Positions 48,591 through 57,073 of a stretch of DNA of 64,000 nucleotides are shown here, piece by piece (positions within the stretch are counted from its first letter, which is position 1; each line of letters opens with the position of its first letter). The DNA is taken from assembly GCA_963815615.1 (NCBI GenBank), contig CAWFHF010000006.1, positions 135,870 to 199,869 on the forward strand, read 5' to 3'. The position numbers and the translations under genes are program-made. Under the pieces are notes generated by a model. That model was not told the origin of the DNA. It was given only the letters and a program-made list of their open reading frames with translations, and did no database searches. This stretch comes from an uncultured Actinomycetota bacterium (GTDB lineage: Bacteria > Actinomycetota > Actinomycetes > Mycobacteriales > SCTD01).

Positions 48591-48606
48591 TGTGAGGCGG
48601 TGCACA
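48591..48606. promoter_or_regulatory. CRP/GlxR-like site TGTGAGGCGGTGCACA (9/10 to TGTGA-N6-TCACA)
   Basis: Read directly, centred about 54 nt upstream of the DUF3311-SSS operon start. Confidence 0.4.
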
Positions 48607-48639
48607 CCACGGCGTGCCCGCGTGTCCGGGTCGGCCCGG

Positions 48640-49353
48640 TCAGCCGAGCAGCGCCTGCACCAGCACGACCGCGCCGCCGGCCCCGGCCAGCAGCAGCGTC
48701 GCGCGCGCGGCGGCCGCCTCGTGCACCCGGCGGGCCAGCGGCACCCCGAGGGCCGCGCCGAGCCCGAGGGCGGCCAGGCACAGCAGCAGCGTCCGCGCCC
48801 CCACCCGCGGCAGCCCGAGCGAGGGGAGCGCCACCAGGTTCACCCCGAGGAAGTACGCCTGCAGCGTCGCGCGCTGCACCCGGGCCGGCCAGCCCGCGTT
48901 CGCCGCCCACAGGGCGACCGGCGGTCCGGCCACGCTGGCGGCCACGGTGGTCGCCCCCGCGACGACGCCCGCCGCGACGGCCCCCGCCCGCCCGCGCGCC
49001 GCCCGCCACCGCAGGCCGCTGCCCAGCAGCAGCGCTCCCAGCACGACCACACCCCCCGCCGCGGCGGCGGCCGCCCGCTCGGGCACGGCGCGGGCGAGGA
49101 CGGCGAACAGCGGCACGGTCAGCGCCGTCGGGAGCAGCAGGAGCAGCGCGCCCCGTCGGTCGACCTCGCGGCGGTAGCGCGTGACCAGCACGACGTTGAG
49201 GGCCAGGCTCAGCAGCACCCCCAGCCGGACGCCGTCCGCCGCGCCGAGGGCCGCCACGAGCAGCGGGCCGCACACCAGGCTGAAGCCGATGCCGCTGACC
49301 GACTGCGCCAGCGCCCCGACGAGCACGCTGAGGCCGACGAGCAGGGTCAGCAC
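48640..49353 (-). CDS. TauE/SafE family sulfite/anion exporter
   Basis: Intact 237-aa ORF. GALAQSVSGIGFSLVCGPLL, with 7-8 TM helices. Confidence 0.85.
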   Translation of the reverse strand: MLTLLVGLSVLVGALAQSVSGIGFSLVCGPLLVAALGAADGVRLGVLLSLALNVVLVTRYRREVDRRGALLLLLPTALTVPLFAVLARAVPERAAAAAAGGVVVLGALLLGSGLRWRAARGRAGAVAAGVVAGATTVAASVAGPPVALWAANAGWPARVQRATLQAYFLGVNLVALPSLGLPRVGARTLLLCLAALGLGAALGVPLARRVHEAAAARATLLLAGAGGAVVLVQALLG

Positions 49354-49354
49354 G

Positions 49355-49918
49355 TCAGCGGCTCAGGGCCTCGGCGCGCTCGGCCTCCGCCCGCTCGCGG
49401 GCCCCGCACCCGACGAGGTGGTCACCGACCAGCCCGCACGCCTGCAGCAGTGAGTAGACCGTCGTCGGACCGACGAACACGAACCCCGCCCGCTTGAGCC
49501 GCTTCGCCAGCCGCGCCGACGACGCCGTGCTGCCGGGCACGTCGGTCCACCGCGCGACGGCGGGGCTCGGCAGCTCGGCGTGCTCGCGGACCAGGGCGGG
49601 CAGCCCGCCGGCGTCGCGCAGGGCGAGCGTGGCCTCGGCGTTGCGCACGCAGGCGTGCAGCTTCGGGCGGCTGCGGATCAGCCGGGCGTCCTGCAGCAGC
49701 GGCGTGACGTCCTGCCCCGCGACCTGCTCGGGGTCGAAGCCGCCGAACACCTCGCGCAGGGCGTCGCGCTTGCGCAGCACGGTGATCCAGGCGAGCCCGG
49801 CCTGGAAGCCCTCCAGGCAGACCTTCTCGTACAGCTGCTGCTCCGACAGCTGCGGGCGGCCCCACTCGTCGTCGTGGTACGCCTCGTAGACGGGGTCGCC
49901 GTCTCCGAAGCACCTCAG
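49355..49918 (-). CDS. tag: DNA-3-methyladenine glycosylase I
   Basis: C-terminal part of ORF 49355..50359 with [37 protein letters not shown] and [18 protein letters not shown]. The only in-frame start is CTG at 49918 (CTGA overlap with the bioB stop). Confidence 0.85.
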   Translation of the reverse strand: MRCFGDGDPVYEAYHDDEWGRPQLSEQQLYEKVCLEGFQAGLAWITVLRKRDALREVFGGFDPEQVAGQDVTPLLQDARLIRSRPKLHACVRNAEATLALRDAGGLPALVREHAELPSPAVARWTDVPGSTASSARLAKRLKRAGFVFVGPTTVYSLLQACGLVGDHLVGCGARERAEAERAEALSR

Positions 49919-50936
49919 AGCGTCGAGCCCAGCGCCTTGATCGGCATCTGGAGGTCGGCGAGCATGTCGAGGTCGGCCGTGGCGGGGCGGCCGAGCGTCG
50001 TCAGGTAGTTGCCGACGATGACGGCGTTGATGCCGCCGAGCATGCCGTCGGTGGCGAGGTCGCCGAGAGTGATCTCGCGGCCGCCGGCGAAGCGCAGGAT
50101 CGTGCGCGGCAGCGCCAGCCGGAAGACGGCGACGGCCTGCAGGGCCTCCTGCGCCGGCAGCACCGGCAGGTCGCCGAAGGGGGTGCCGGGGCGGGGGTTG
50201 AGGAAGTTCAGCGGCACCTCGTCGGGCTCGAGCACCGCGAGCTGCGCGGCGAACTCGGCCCGCTGCTCCAGCGTCTCGCCCATGCCGAGGATGCCGCCGC
50301 AGCAGACCTCCATGCCGGCGTCGCGGACCATCTCGAGCGTGCTCCAGCGCTCCTCCCACGAGTGCGTCGTCACGACGTTCGGGAAGTGCGACCGGGCGGT
50401 CTCCAGGTTGTGGTTGTAGCGGTGCACGCCCATCGCCGAGAGCCGGTCGACCTGCTCCTGGCTGAGCATCCCGAGGCTGCAGGCGACCTGGATGTCGACG
50501 GCCTCGCGGATCGCCGCGACGCCCTTCTCGACCTGGTCCATGAGCTTGTCGTCCGGCCCGCGCACGGCGGCGACGATGCAGAACTCGGTGGCGCCGGTGG
50601 CCCGCGTCTCGACGGCCGCCTTGACCAGGCTCGGGATGTCGAGCCAGGCGGCGCGCACGGGGGAGGGGAACAGGCCGGACTGGCTGCAGAAGTGGCAGTC
50701 CTCGGGGCAGCCGCCGGTCTTGAGGCTGACGATGCCCTCGACCTCGACCTCGGGCCCGCAGTGGCGCAGCCGCACCTCGTGGGCGAGCTGCAGCAGCTCG
50801 GGCAGCCGGTCGGCCGGCAGGCGCAGCGCCTCGAGGGCCTGCTCCTGGGTCAGCCCGACGCCGCGCTCGAGCACCTGCTCGCGCCCACGGCCAGCGGGTC
50901 GGTCGTCTCGGCGGGGGCGTCGATCAGCTCGGTCAC
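49915..50936 (-). CDS. bioB: Biotin synthase (apparent frame break near 50885 at the 5' end)
   Basis: ORF 49915..50874 contains [22 protein letters not shown] and [10 protein letters not shown]. An upstream [17 protein letters not shown] from GTG at 50936 would join ..REQVLERG after a 1-nt correction. Confidence 0.9.
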
Positions 50937-50979
50937 GAGCCGAGAGTCTGCCAGGTCCGCCGGGTCTGCAGCAGCGCTG

Positions 50980-51696
50980 CTACGCGCCGTGCCCGGCCCG
51001 GAAGGCGCGCGGGTCGAAGGCGCCGCCGAGCGGGCGGCCGAGCCCGCGCGCGGCGGCGAGCAGGAAGTCGTCGCGCCCCAGCGCCCCCGCGCCCTGCTCC
51101 AGCACGCCGAGCAGCGGCCGGGCGGCCAGCGTCTCCAGGTCGCGCAGGTTGCTCCGCTCGGCCAGGCCCGGCTCGGCCGGCCACGCCCCGACGACGACCC
51201 CCGACAGCTCCAGCCCGCGGTGCGCCAGCGCCTCCAGCGTCAGCGCGGTCGCGTTCAGGGTGCCGAGCCCGGCAGCGGCGACGACGAGCACGGGAGCGCG
51301 CACCGCCCGGGCGACGTCGGCCAGCGTCAGCCCGTCCTCGTCGAAGCGCACCAGCAGCCCGCCGGCGCCCTCCACGAGCACCAGGTCGTGCGCGGCGTCC
51401 AGCCGCAGCAGCAGGTCGACGCAGGCGGCGAGGTCGAGGGGGTCGCGGCCGCTGAGCCGGGCCGCCGCGGCGGGGCTGAGCGGGTCGGGGTAGCGGACGA
51501 GCTCGTGCAGCTCGGTGGCACCGGACAGGCGAGCGACGTCGGCGAGGTCGCCCGGGGCGTCGTCGGCGATGCCGGTCTGCCCGGGCTTGACGACGGCGCA
51601 CGAGGCGCCGCGGGACAGGGCCAGGGCGGCGACGGCGGCGGTCACCACGGTCTTGCCGACGTCGGTGCCGGTGCCGGTGACCACGAGGAGCGTCAT
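50980..51696 (-). CDS. bioD: Dethiobiotin synthase
   Basis: ATG at 51696 in ORF 50980..52041. Contains LVVTGTGTDVGKTVVTAA, VVKPGQTG and LVEGAGGLLV. Confidence 0.9.
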   Translation of the reverse strand: MTLLVVTGTGTDVGKTVVTAAVAALALSRGASCAVVKPGQTGIADDAPGDLADVARLSGATELHELVRYPDPLSPAAAARLSGRDPLDLAACVDLLLRLDAAHDLVLVEGAGGLLVRFDEDGLTLADVARAVRAPVLVVAAAGLGTLNATALTLEALAHRGLELSGVVVGAWPAEPGLAERSNLRDLETLAARPLLGVLEQGAGALGRDDFLLAAARGLGRPLGGAFDPRAFRAGHGA

Positions 51697-51731
51697 GGGC
51701 GACGACGGTACGGGCGGCGCGGGGCAGCGGC

Positions 51732-52732
51732 TCAGTGGCCGCCCTCGGCGGGCTCCTCCTCCTTCGCCGCGTGGCCCTCGGCCGCCTCGCCGCCCTCGTG
51801 GGCGGCCTCCTCGGCAGCGCCCTCGGTGCAGGCGGGCGCGTCCTGCTCGTGCGCGGCGGGCTCGGCCTCGTCGGCGGTCGCCTCGTGCTCGCCTCGGTGG
51901 CGGGCTCGGCCGCGTGCTCCGCGGCCTCGGCGCGGGGCGGCGTGCTCGGCGGGGGCGGCGTGCTCGGCGGCGCGGCGTGCTCGGCGGGAGCCGCGTGCTC
52001 CGCTCCCTCAGCGTGCTCGGCCACCGGCTGCGCAGCGCCACTCGCCGCGCCCGTGGTGCCGGCCATCGCGGCCCGGGCGGCCGCTGCCGCCCGCTCGGCC
52101 TCGACCTGCGCCGCCTTCGCCTGCTCCGCCGCCTGCGCGGCGAGCACCGCGGCGTGCGCGGCCTCGACCGCCTTCACCGCGGCCTTCACCGCCTCGGCCG
52201 CCTGCCCGGTGCTGCCGTGCCCGGTGCTGCCGGTGCTGCCGGTGCTGCCGGTGCTGCCGTGGCCGGCGTCGACGGCGGCCGCGCCCTCGGTGCCGCGCAG
52301 CGCCACGACGACGGGCGCGGCAGCCGCGTGCGCCGACACCTTCGCGCCCTCGCCCGACGCCGCCTCGGCGAGCTTGTCCTCCGCGGCCTGCAGCGCCTTG
52401 ACCAGGTCGACCTGCTCGGCGGCCGTCTCGTCCTCGGTCGGCGCCGCGGGCGCAGCAGCCTCGGTCCCCTCCGCGTGCTCGCCCTCCGCGGCAGCTCCCG
52501 CGTGCTCGCCCTCCGCAGCGGCCTCCCCGTGGCCCTCCTCTGCGGCAGCCGCCCCGTGCTCGCCCTCCGCAGCGGCCGTCCCGTGCGCCGCCTCCGCCGC
52601 CGGAGCGCACGCCTCGGCCCCCGCCGCCTCGGCCTCCTGCTCCCCGCCGCCCCCACAGGCAGCCAGGGCCAGCGCCAGCAGCGGGCAGAGCAGCAGGCGG
52701 GCAGGGCGTGCGAGACCGGTCACCCTGTGCAC
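51732..52732 (-). CDS. His/Glu/Ala-rich repeat lipoprotein of unknown function (frame breaks inside the C-terminal repeats)
   Basis: GTG at 52732 or 52723; lipobox LALAAC. Repeats are AAEGEHG/AAEGEHA, a (GST)n run and a central Ala-rich helix (ORF 50933..52732). The AEHAAP repeats and the tail ..AAHEGGEAAEGHAAKEEEPAEGGH* were read by eye, ending at 51732. Confidence 0.6.
52208..52258. repeat. 9-bp coding microsatellite GGTGCTGCC (4 perfect tandem copies at 52223-52258 plus one at 52208) encoding (GST)n
   Basis: Read directly. Confidence 0.9.
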
Positions 52733-52757
52733 GTCGGCGCCGGGCCGGCGCCCTGGA

Positions 52758-53888
52758 CTACCCGGTCGGGCGGTCCGGCACGGCGCGGCGGACGACGGCG
52801 GCGGCCCGGTCGAGGTCGGCGTCGGACAGGTCGGCGCGCAGGGCCAGGCGCAGGCAGGCCTCGCCGTCGGGCACGGACGGCGGCCGGAAGCAGCCCACCC
52901 GGACGCCCTCGCGCAGGCACGCCTGCTGCGCCGCCAGCGCCGTCGCGGCGTCCCCGACCGGCACCCGCACCACGGCCCCCGACGACGCCGGCACCCCGAG
53001 CGCGGCGGCGACCCGGTCGGCGGCCCGCCGCAGGCGGGCGACCCGGTCGTCGTCGACCAGGTGCAGGGCGGCCCCGGCGGCGGCCGCGGCGGACGGGGCC
53101 AGGCCGGTGTCGAAGACGAAGGAGCGGGCGGTGTCGACGAGGTGCTCGCGCAGCAGGGCGGGCCCGAGGACGGCGCCGCCCTGGCTGCCCAGCGACTTCG
53201 ACAGCGTCGCCGTCGCGACGACGTCGGGCTCGCCGGCGATCCCCGCCTCCGCGCAGGCGCCGGCCCCGGACGGGCCGCGGACCCCGAGCGCGTGGGCCTC
53301 GTCGACGAGCAGCACCGCGCCGGCGTCGCGGGCCGCGCGGTGCAGCGCCTGCAGCGGCGCGAGGTCGCCGTCGACGCTGAACACCGCGTCGGTGACCACG
53401 AGCGCCGGGCCCTCCCAGGTCGACAGCGCCCAGCGGACGGCGCCCGGGTCGCCGTGCGGGACGACCTGCACCTCGGCCCGGGACAGGCGGCAGGCGTCGA
53501 CGAGCGAGGCGTGGTTGGCGGCGTCGGACACGACGAGCGACCCGGGGCGGGCGAGCGCCGTCACGGCGCCGAGGTTCGCCAGGTAGCCGGAGGAGAAGAC
53601 CAGGGCGGACGCGAAGCCGGTGCGGGCGGCCAGCGCGCGCTCCAGGTCGCCGTGCGCCGCGGTGGTGCCGGTGACCAGGCGCGAGCCGGTCGAGCCGACG
53701 CCCCAGCCGGCGAGGGCGGCGGTCGCGGCGGCGACGACGTCGGGGTGGCGGCTGAGCCCGAGGTAGTCGTTGGAGGCGAGGTCGAGGACGTCCTCGGGGC
53801 CGGCGGGGCGCTCGACGAGGGTGCGGTGCAGCCCGGCGGCGCGGCGGTCCGCGGCCGCCTGCTCCAGCCAGGCCAGCGGGTCTCCCAC
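52758..53888 (-). CDS. bioF: 8-amino-7-oxononanoate synthase
   Basis: Intact 376-aa ORF with LDLASNDYLGL, GSTGSRLVTG, DEAHALG and TLSKSLGSQGG (PLP Lys). Confidence 0.9.
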   Translation of the reverse strand: MGDPLAWLEQAAADRRAAGLHRTLVERPAGPEDVLDLASNDYLGLSRHPDVVAAATAALAGWGVGSTGSRLVTGTTAAHGDLERALAARTGFASALVFSSGYLANLGAVTALARPGSLVVSDAANHASLVDACRLSRAEVQVVPHGDPGAVRWALSTWEGPALVVTDAVFSVDGDLAPLQALHRAARDAGAVLLVDEAHALGVRGPSGAGACAEAGIAGEPDVVATATLSKSLGSQGGAVLGPALLREHLVDTARSFVFDTGLAPSAAAAAGAALHLVDDDRVARLRRAADRVAAALGVPASSGAVVRVPVGDAATALAAQQACLREGVRVGCFRPPSVPDGEACLRLALRADLSDADLDRAAAVVRRAVPDRPTG

Positions 53889-53928
53889 CCGCCGGACGCT
53901 AGCCGGGCGCGCTCAGTAGGGTCGCGCG

Positions 53929-55422
53929 GTGTCGACGCTGACGGACCTCGCGCGGGCCCGCACCGACCTCACCCGGCCCGACGTCGACCACCTGCACCGC
54001 CTGGTCGCCGAGTGGACCCTGGTCAGCGACCTGTCCTTCGCCGACCTGGTCCTGTGGGTGCGCACCCGGTCGGGCGACTGGCTGGCGGTGGCGCTCGTCC
54101 GCCCGACGACGGGGGCGACCGCCCACCCCGAGGACCTGGTCGGCAGCACGGCCCCGGCCGAGGCGGCCCTGCGGCTGGAGCAGGCGGCGCGCAGCGGGCG
54201 GATCGTGCGCGAGGGCGACCCCGACGCCGCGCGCCGCAGCGGGCGGGTGCGCAGCGACGCCGTCCCGGTGCAGCGGGGCGGTCGGACGGTCGCCGTCCTC
54301 AGCCGGGACGCCCGGGCGTCGGCGGCGCGCACGCCGAGCCCCCTGGAGCTCGCCTACCTGTCGTCGGCGGGGGAGCTGCTGCAGATGGTCGCGGAGGGGA
54401 CCTTCCCCTACCCGGTGGAGGTGTCGGCGGAGGTCGACCCCGAGCACGCCCCCCGGGTCGGCGACGGGCTGCTGCGGCTGGACCGGACCGGCCACGTCGT
54501 CTACGCGAGCCCGAACGCCCTGTCGGCGCACCGCCGGCTCGGGGTCACGGGCGACCTGCTCGGCCAGCACCTCGGGCAGACGGTGGCGCGGCTGTCGGCG
54601 CCGAGCCGGCTGGACGAGCCGCGGGCCTCGGCGGCGCTGGCGGCGGCGCTGCGCTACGCCGAGCCGCGCGAGAGCGAGGTGGAGGCGCAGGGGGCGACCG
54701 TGCTGCTGCGGGCCATGCCGCTGGTCCCTGCGGGCGAGCGGCGCGGCGCGCTGGTGCTCGTCCGCGACGTCACCGAGCTGCGCCGGCGCGACCGCCAGCT
54801 CATGGGCAAGGACGCGACCATCCGCGAGATCCACCACCGGGTGAAGAACAACCTGCAGACCGTCGCCGCGCTGCTGCGCCTGCAGGCCCGGCGGATGGGC
54901 GACCCCGCCGCCCGCAGCGCGCTGGAGGAGTCGGTGCGCCGGGTGTCGAGCATCGCGCTGGTGCACGAGACGCTGTCGCTGACCCTGGAGGAGCGCGTCG
55001 CCTTCGACGCGGTGGCCGACCGGGTGCTGGCGATGTGCGCCGAGGTCGCGACGCCGGAGAGCGACGTCCGGGTGGTGCGCGAGGGCAGCTTCGGCGAGCT
55101 GCCCGCCCAGGTCGCGACGCCGCTCGCGATGGTGCTGACCGAGCTGGTGCAGAACGCCGTGGAGCACGCGTTCGGCAGCGACGTCCCGTCCGGGCGGGTC
55201 ACCGTGTCGGCCCGCCGGCACGCGGACGCGCTGGACGTCGTGGTCGCCGACGACGGCGCGGGCCTGCCCGAGGGCTTCGACCCGGCGGCGCCGTCGACGC
55301 TCGGGCTGCAGATCGTGCGCACCCTCGTCGAGGGCGAGCTGCGCGGCAGCCTGCTGCTGCGGACGGCGCCCGCCGGCGGCACCGAGGTGGTGCTAGGCGT
55401 CCCGCTGGAGGAGCAGGGCTGA
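53929..55422 (+). CDS. pdtaS: Cytoplasmic GAF/PAS sensor histidine kinase PdtaS (HisKA_2/HWE-type)
   Basis: Intact 497-aa ORF with REIHHRVKNNLQTVAALLRLQ and ELVQNAVEHAF..DDGAGLP. Adjacent to whiB1, as in mycobacteria. Confidence 0.85.
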   Translation: MSTLTDLARARTDLTRPDVDHLHRLVAEWTLVSDLSFADLVLWVRTRSGDWLAVALVRPTTGATAHPEDLVGSTAPAEAALRLEQAARSGRIVREGDPDAARRSGRVRSDAVPVQRGGRTVAVLSRDARASAARTPSPLELAYLSSAGELLQMVAEGTFPYPVEVSAEVDPEHAPRVGDGLLRLDRTGHVVYASPNALSAHRRLGVTGDLLGQHLGQTVARLSAPSRLDEPRASAALAAALRYAEPRESEVEAQGATVLLRAMPLVPAGERRGALVLVRDVTELRRRDRQLMGKDATIREIHHRVKNNLQTVAALLRLQARRMGDPAARSALEESVRRVSSIALVHETLSLTLEERVAFDAVADRVLAMCAEVATPESDVRVVREGSFGELPAQVATPLAMVLTELVQNAVEHAFGSDVPSGRVTVSARRHADALDVVVADDGAGLPEGFDPAAPSTLGLQIVRTLVEGELRGSLLLRTAPAGGTEVVLGVPLEEQG

Positions 55423-55605
55423 GCGGGCCTGCAGGCCCGGGTCCTGCGAGGCGGCGTCGTTGAGCACGCTGTAGGCGTAGGCCAGGCCGACGGTCAGCAG
55501 GGCCAGCACCAGCAGGACGACGACGCGGAACGGCCAGACGGCGCGCCACGCCGCCGGCGCCTCGGTGGGCACCAGCGGCGGGCGGACGTACCGCTCGCGC
55601 GCCAC
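55393..55605 (-). CDS. Possible small single-TM protein downstream of whiB1
   Basis: GTG at 55605 in ORF 55393..55842, with TM WPFRVVVLLVLALLTVGLAYAY. It overlaps the pdtaS 3' end by 30 nt. Support is weak. Confidence 0.35.
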   Translation of the reverse strand: MARERYVRPPLVPTEAPAAWRAVWPFRVVVLLVLALLTVGLAYAYSVLNDAASQDPGLQARSALLLQRDA

Positions 55606-55624
55606 GGGGAGGACGCGGGGCCGG

Positions 55625-55870
55625 TCAGGCCGTGCGCAGGGCGGAGCGGGTGCGGGTGAGCGCGCGGCGCTCGTCCTCGCTGGTGCCCCCCCAGACGCCG
55701 GAGTCCTGGCCGCTCTCGAGGGCCCACTCGAGGCACGCCTCGGTGACGGTGCAGCGGCCGCAGACGACCTTGGCCTCCTCCACCTGGACGGCGGCCGGGC
55801 CGCTCGTCCCGATCGGGAAGAAGAGCTCCGGGTCCTCGTCACGGCAGAGCGCGTGGTGGCGCCAGTCCAT
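55625..55870 (-). CDS. whiB1: WhiB-family [4Fe-4S] transcription factor, WhiB1/WblE-like
   Basis: Intact 81-aa ORF: MDWRHHALCRDEDPELFFP..C..C..C..GVWGGTSEDERRAL. Confidence 0.9.
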   Translation of the reverse strand: MDWRHHALCRDEDPELFFPIGTSGPAAVQVEEAKVVCGRCTVTEACLEWALESGQDSGVWGGTSEDERRALTRTRSALRTA

Positions 55871-55894
55871 CTGGTCCGTCTCCTCGGTCGCAGG

Positions 55895-55952
55895 CAGGTG
55901 CAGGGTCAGGTGCGGGTCAGGTGCGGGGTCGGGCGCAACCTCGGCGCAACCT
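55895..55952. repeat. Tandem short repeats in the whiB1 leader: CAGGTGC(A/G)GG(G)T x3, then CGG(G)CGCAACCT x2
   Basis: Read directly, 25-82 nt upstream of the whiB1 ATG. Confidence 0.85.
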
Positions 55953-56063
55953 CACCCAACCAGCGGCTCCAGGCGGAGGCAAGCACTCGCCGCCCTCGAA
56001 CTGGCCCGCCCGTGTCGGGTTCGTCACGTAGGGACCGTCTGGTCCCGGCCGCGCCCTGCCCCC

Positions 56064-56079
56064 TGTGGGCCTGCTCACA
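56064..56079. promoter_or_regulatory. CRP-like site TGTGGGCCTGCTCACA (9/10), with a weaker TGTCGGGTTCGTCACG at 56013-56028
   Basis: Read directly in the whiB1 upstream intergenic region. whiB1 is CRP-controlled in M. tuberculosis (established knowledge). Confidence 0.4.
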
Positions 56080-56102
56080 CCCGCGGCCCCTGACGTGCAG
56101 GG

Positions 56103-57038
56103 TCAGACCAGGACGTCGAGGGCCGCGGGGACGCTGCGCAGGGTCACCGACGTGCGGTCGCCGAGGTCGTCGCCGTCGACCTGCAGGGCCACCGGGACCT
56201 CCGCGTGCAGGCGCAGCTCGGGGGCGTCGTGCACCTGCACCAGCTGCCGCCCGCCGGGCCGGGCCCCCTCGGAGCTGAGGATCTGGCGCAGGTGGCGCAG
56301 CGTGGAGACGGTCGACAGCCGGCGCAGCCCGAACAGGTCCAGGCCGCCGTCGAAGGACGCGTCGGGGCAGGCCCGCACCGGCCGCTGCCCGAGGTAGGTC
56401 CAGGGGTCGGTGTTGCAGACCAGCGCCATGCCCAGCGCCTCGTCGTCGGCGCCGTCGCGCGACAGCGTCAGCACCGGGTCGGCGGGGGTGTTGAGCAGGA
56501 ACTCCGCGAAGCCCTCGCGGACGAACAGCCCGGGGGTGGCCCGGGCCCCGCGGTCGCGCTTGCGCTCCACCCTGCGCACGACGGCGGCGTCGAGGCCGAG
56601 GCCGGCGCAGAAGGTGAACCAGCGGTCGGCCCGGCCGGGGGTCGCGACCGTGCCCAGGCCGATGCGGCGGCGGCGGTCGGCGTGCAGGGCCTCCAGCAGC
56701 CAGCTCGTGCCGTCGACCGCGCCGTTGGGCAGGCCGAGCGCGCGGGCGAAGACGTTGGCGCTGCCGCCCGGGACGACGGCCAGCGCGGGGCCGTCGGGGC
56801 ACGGGCCGTCGTCCAGCAGGCCGTTCACGACCTCGTTGACGGTGCCGTCGCCGCCGAGCGCGACGACGACGTCGAGCCCGTCGACGCGGGCCTGCGCGGC
56901 GAGCTCGGTGGCGTGCCCGCGGGCGCGGGTGACCTCGACGTCGAGCTTGACCTCGCTCGACAGCGCGGAGGCCAGCACCTCGCGGGTGCGCGGCGTCGTC
57001 GCCGTGGCCTTCGGGTTGACGACCAGCAGAGCGCGCAT
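56103..57038 (-). CDS. Diacylglycerol kinase catalytic-domain family lipid kinase
   Basis: Intact 311-aa ORF with LLVVNPKA, VVVALGGDGTVNEVVNGL and PGGSANVFAR. Confidence 0.85.
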   Translation of the reverse strand: MRALLVVNPKATATTPRTREVLASALSSEVKLDVEVTRARGHATELAAQARVDGLDVVVALGGDGTVNEVVNGLLDDGPCPDGPALAVVPGGSANVFARALGLPNGAVDGTSWLLEALHADRRRRIGLGTVATPGRADRWFTFCAGLGLDAAVVRRVERKRDRGARATPGLFVREGFAEFLLNTPADPVLTLSRDGADDEALGMALVCNTDPWTYLGQRPVRACPDASFDGGLDLFGLRRLSTVSTLRHLRQILSSEGARPGGRQLVQVHDAPELRLHAEVPVALQVDGDDLGDRTSVTLRSVPAALDVLV

Positions 57039-57073
57039 GTCCTCACGGTAACGGCCCGGCTACGGTCGGGGCC

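Noticed and set aside
52208-52258. CRISPR-like or non-coding tandem array
   Set aside because: The 9-bp units lie in frame inside a coding region (the Gly-Ser-Thr run) and have no spacers. This is a coding microsatellite, not a CRISPR array.
53889-53928. Biotin operator (BirA or BioQ-type TGAAC-N3-GTTCA) in the bioF/pdtaS divergent region
   Set aside because: No palindrome of that type, nor any convincing inverted repeat, is present in the 40-bp spacer.
56012-56032. tRNA-like T-arm (GGGTTCG) in the whiB1 upstream region
   Set aside because: The flanks cannot form T-stem or acceptor-stem pairing. No other tRNA or rRNA signatures were seen in any intergenic gap.
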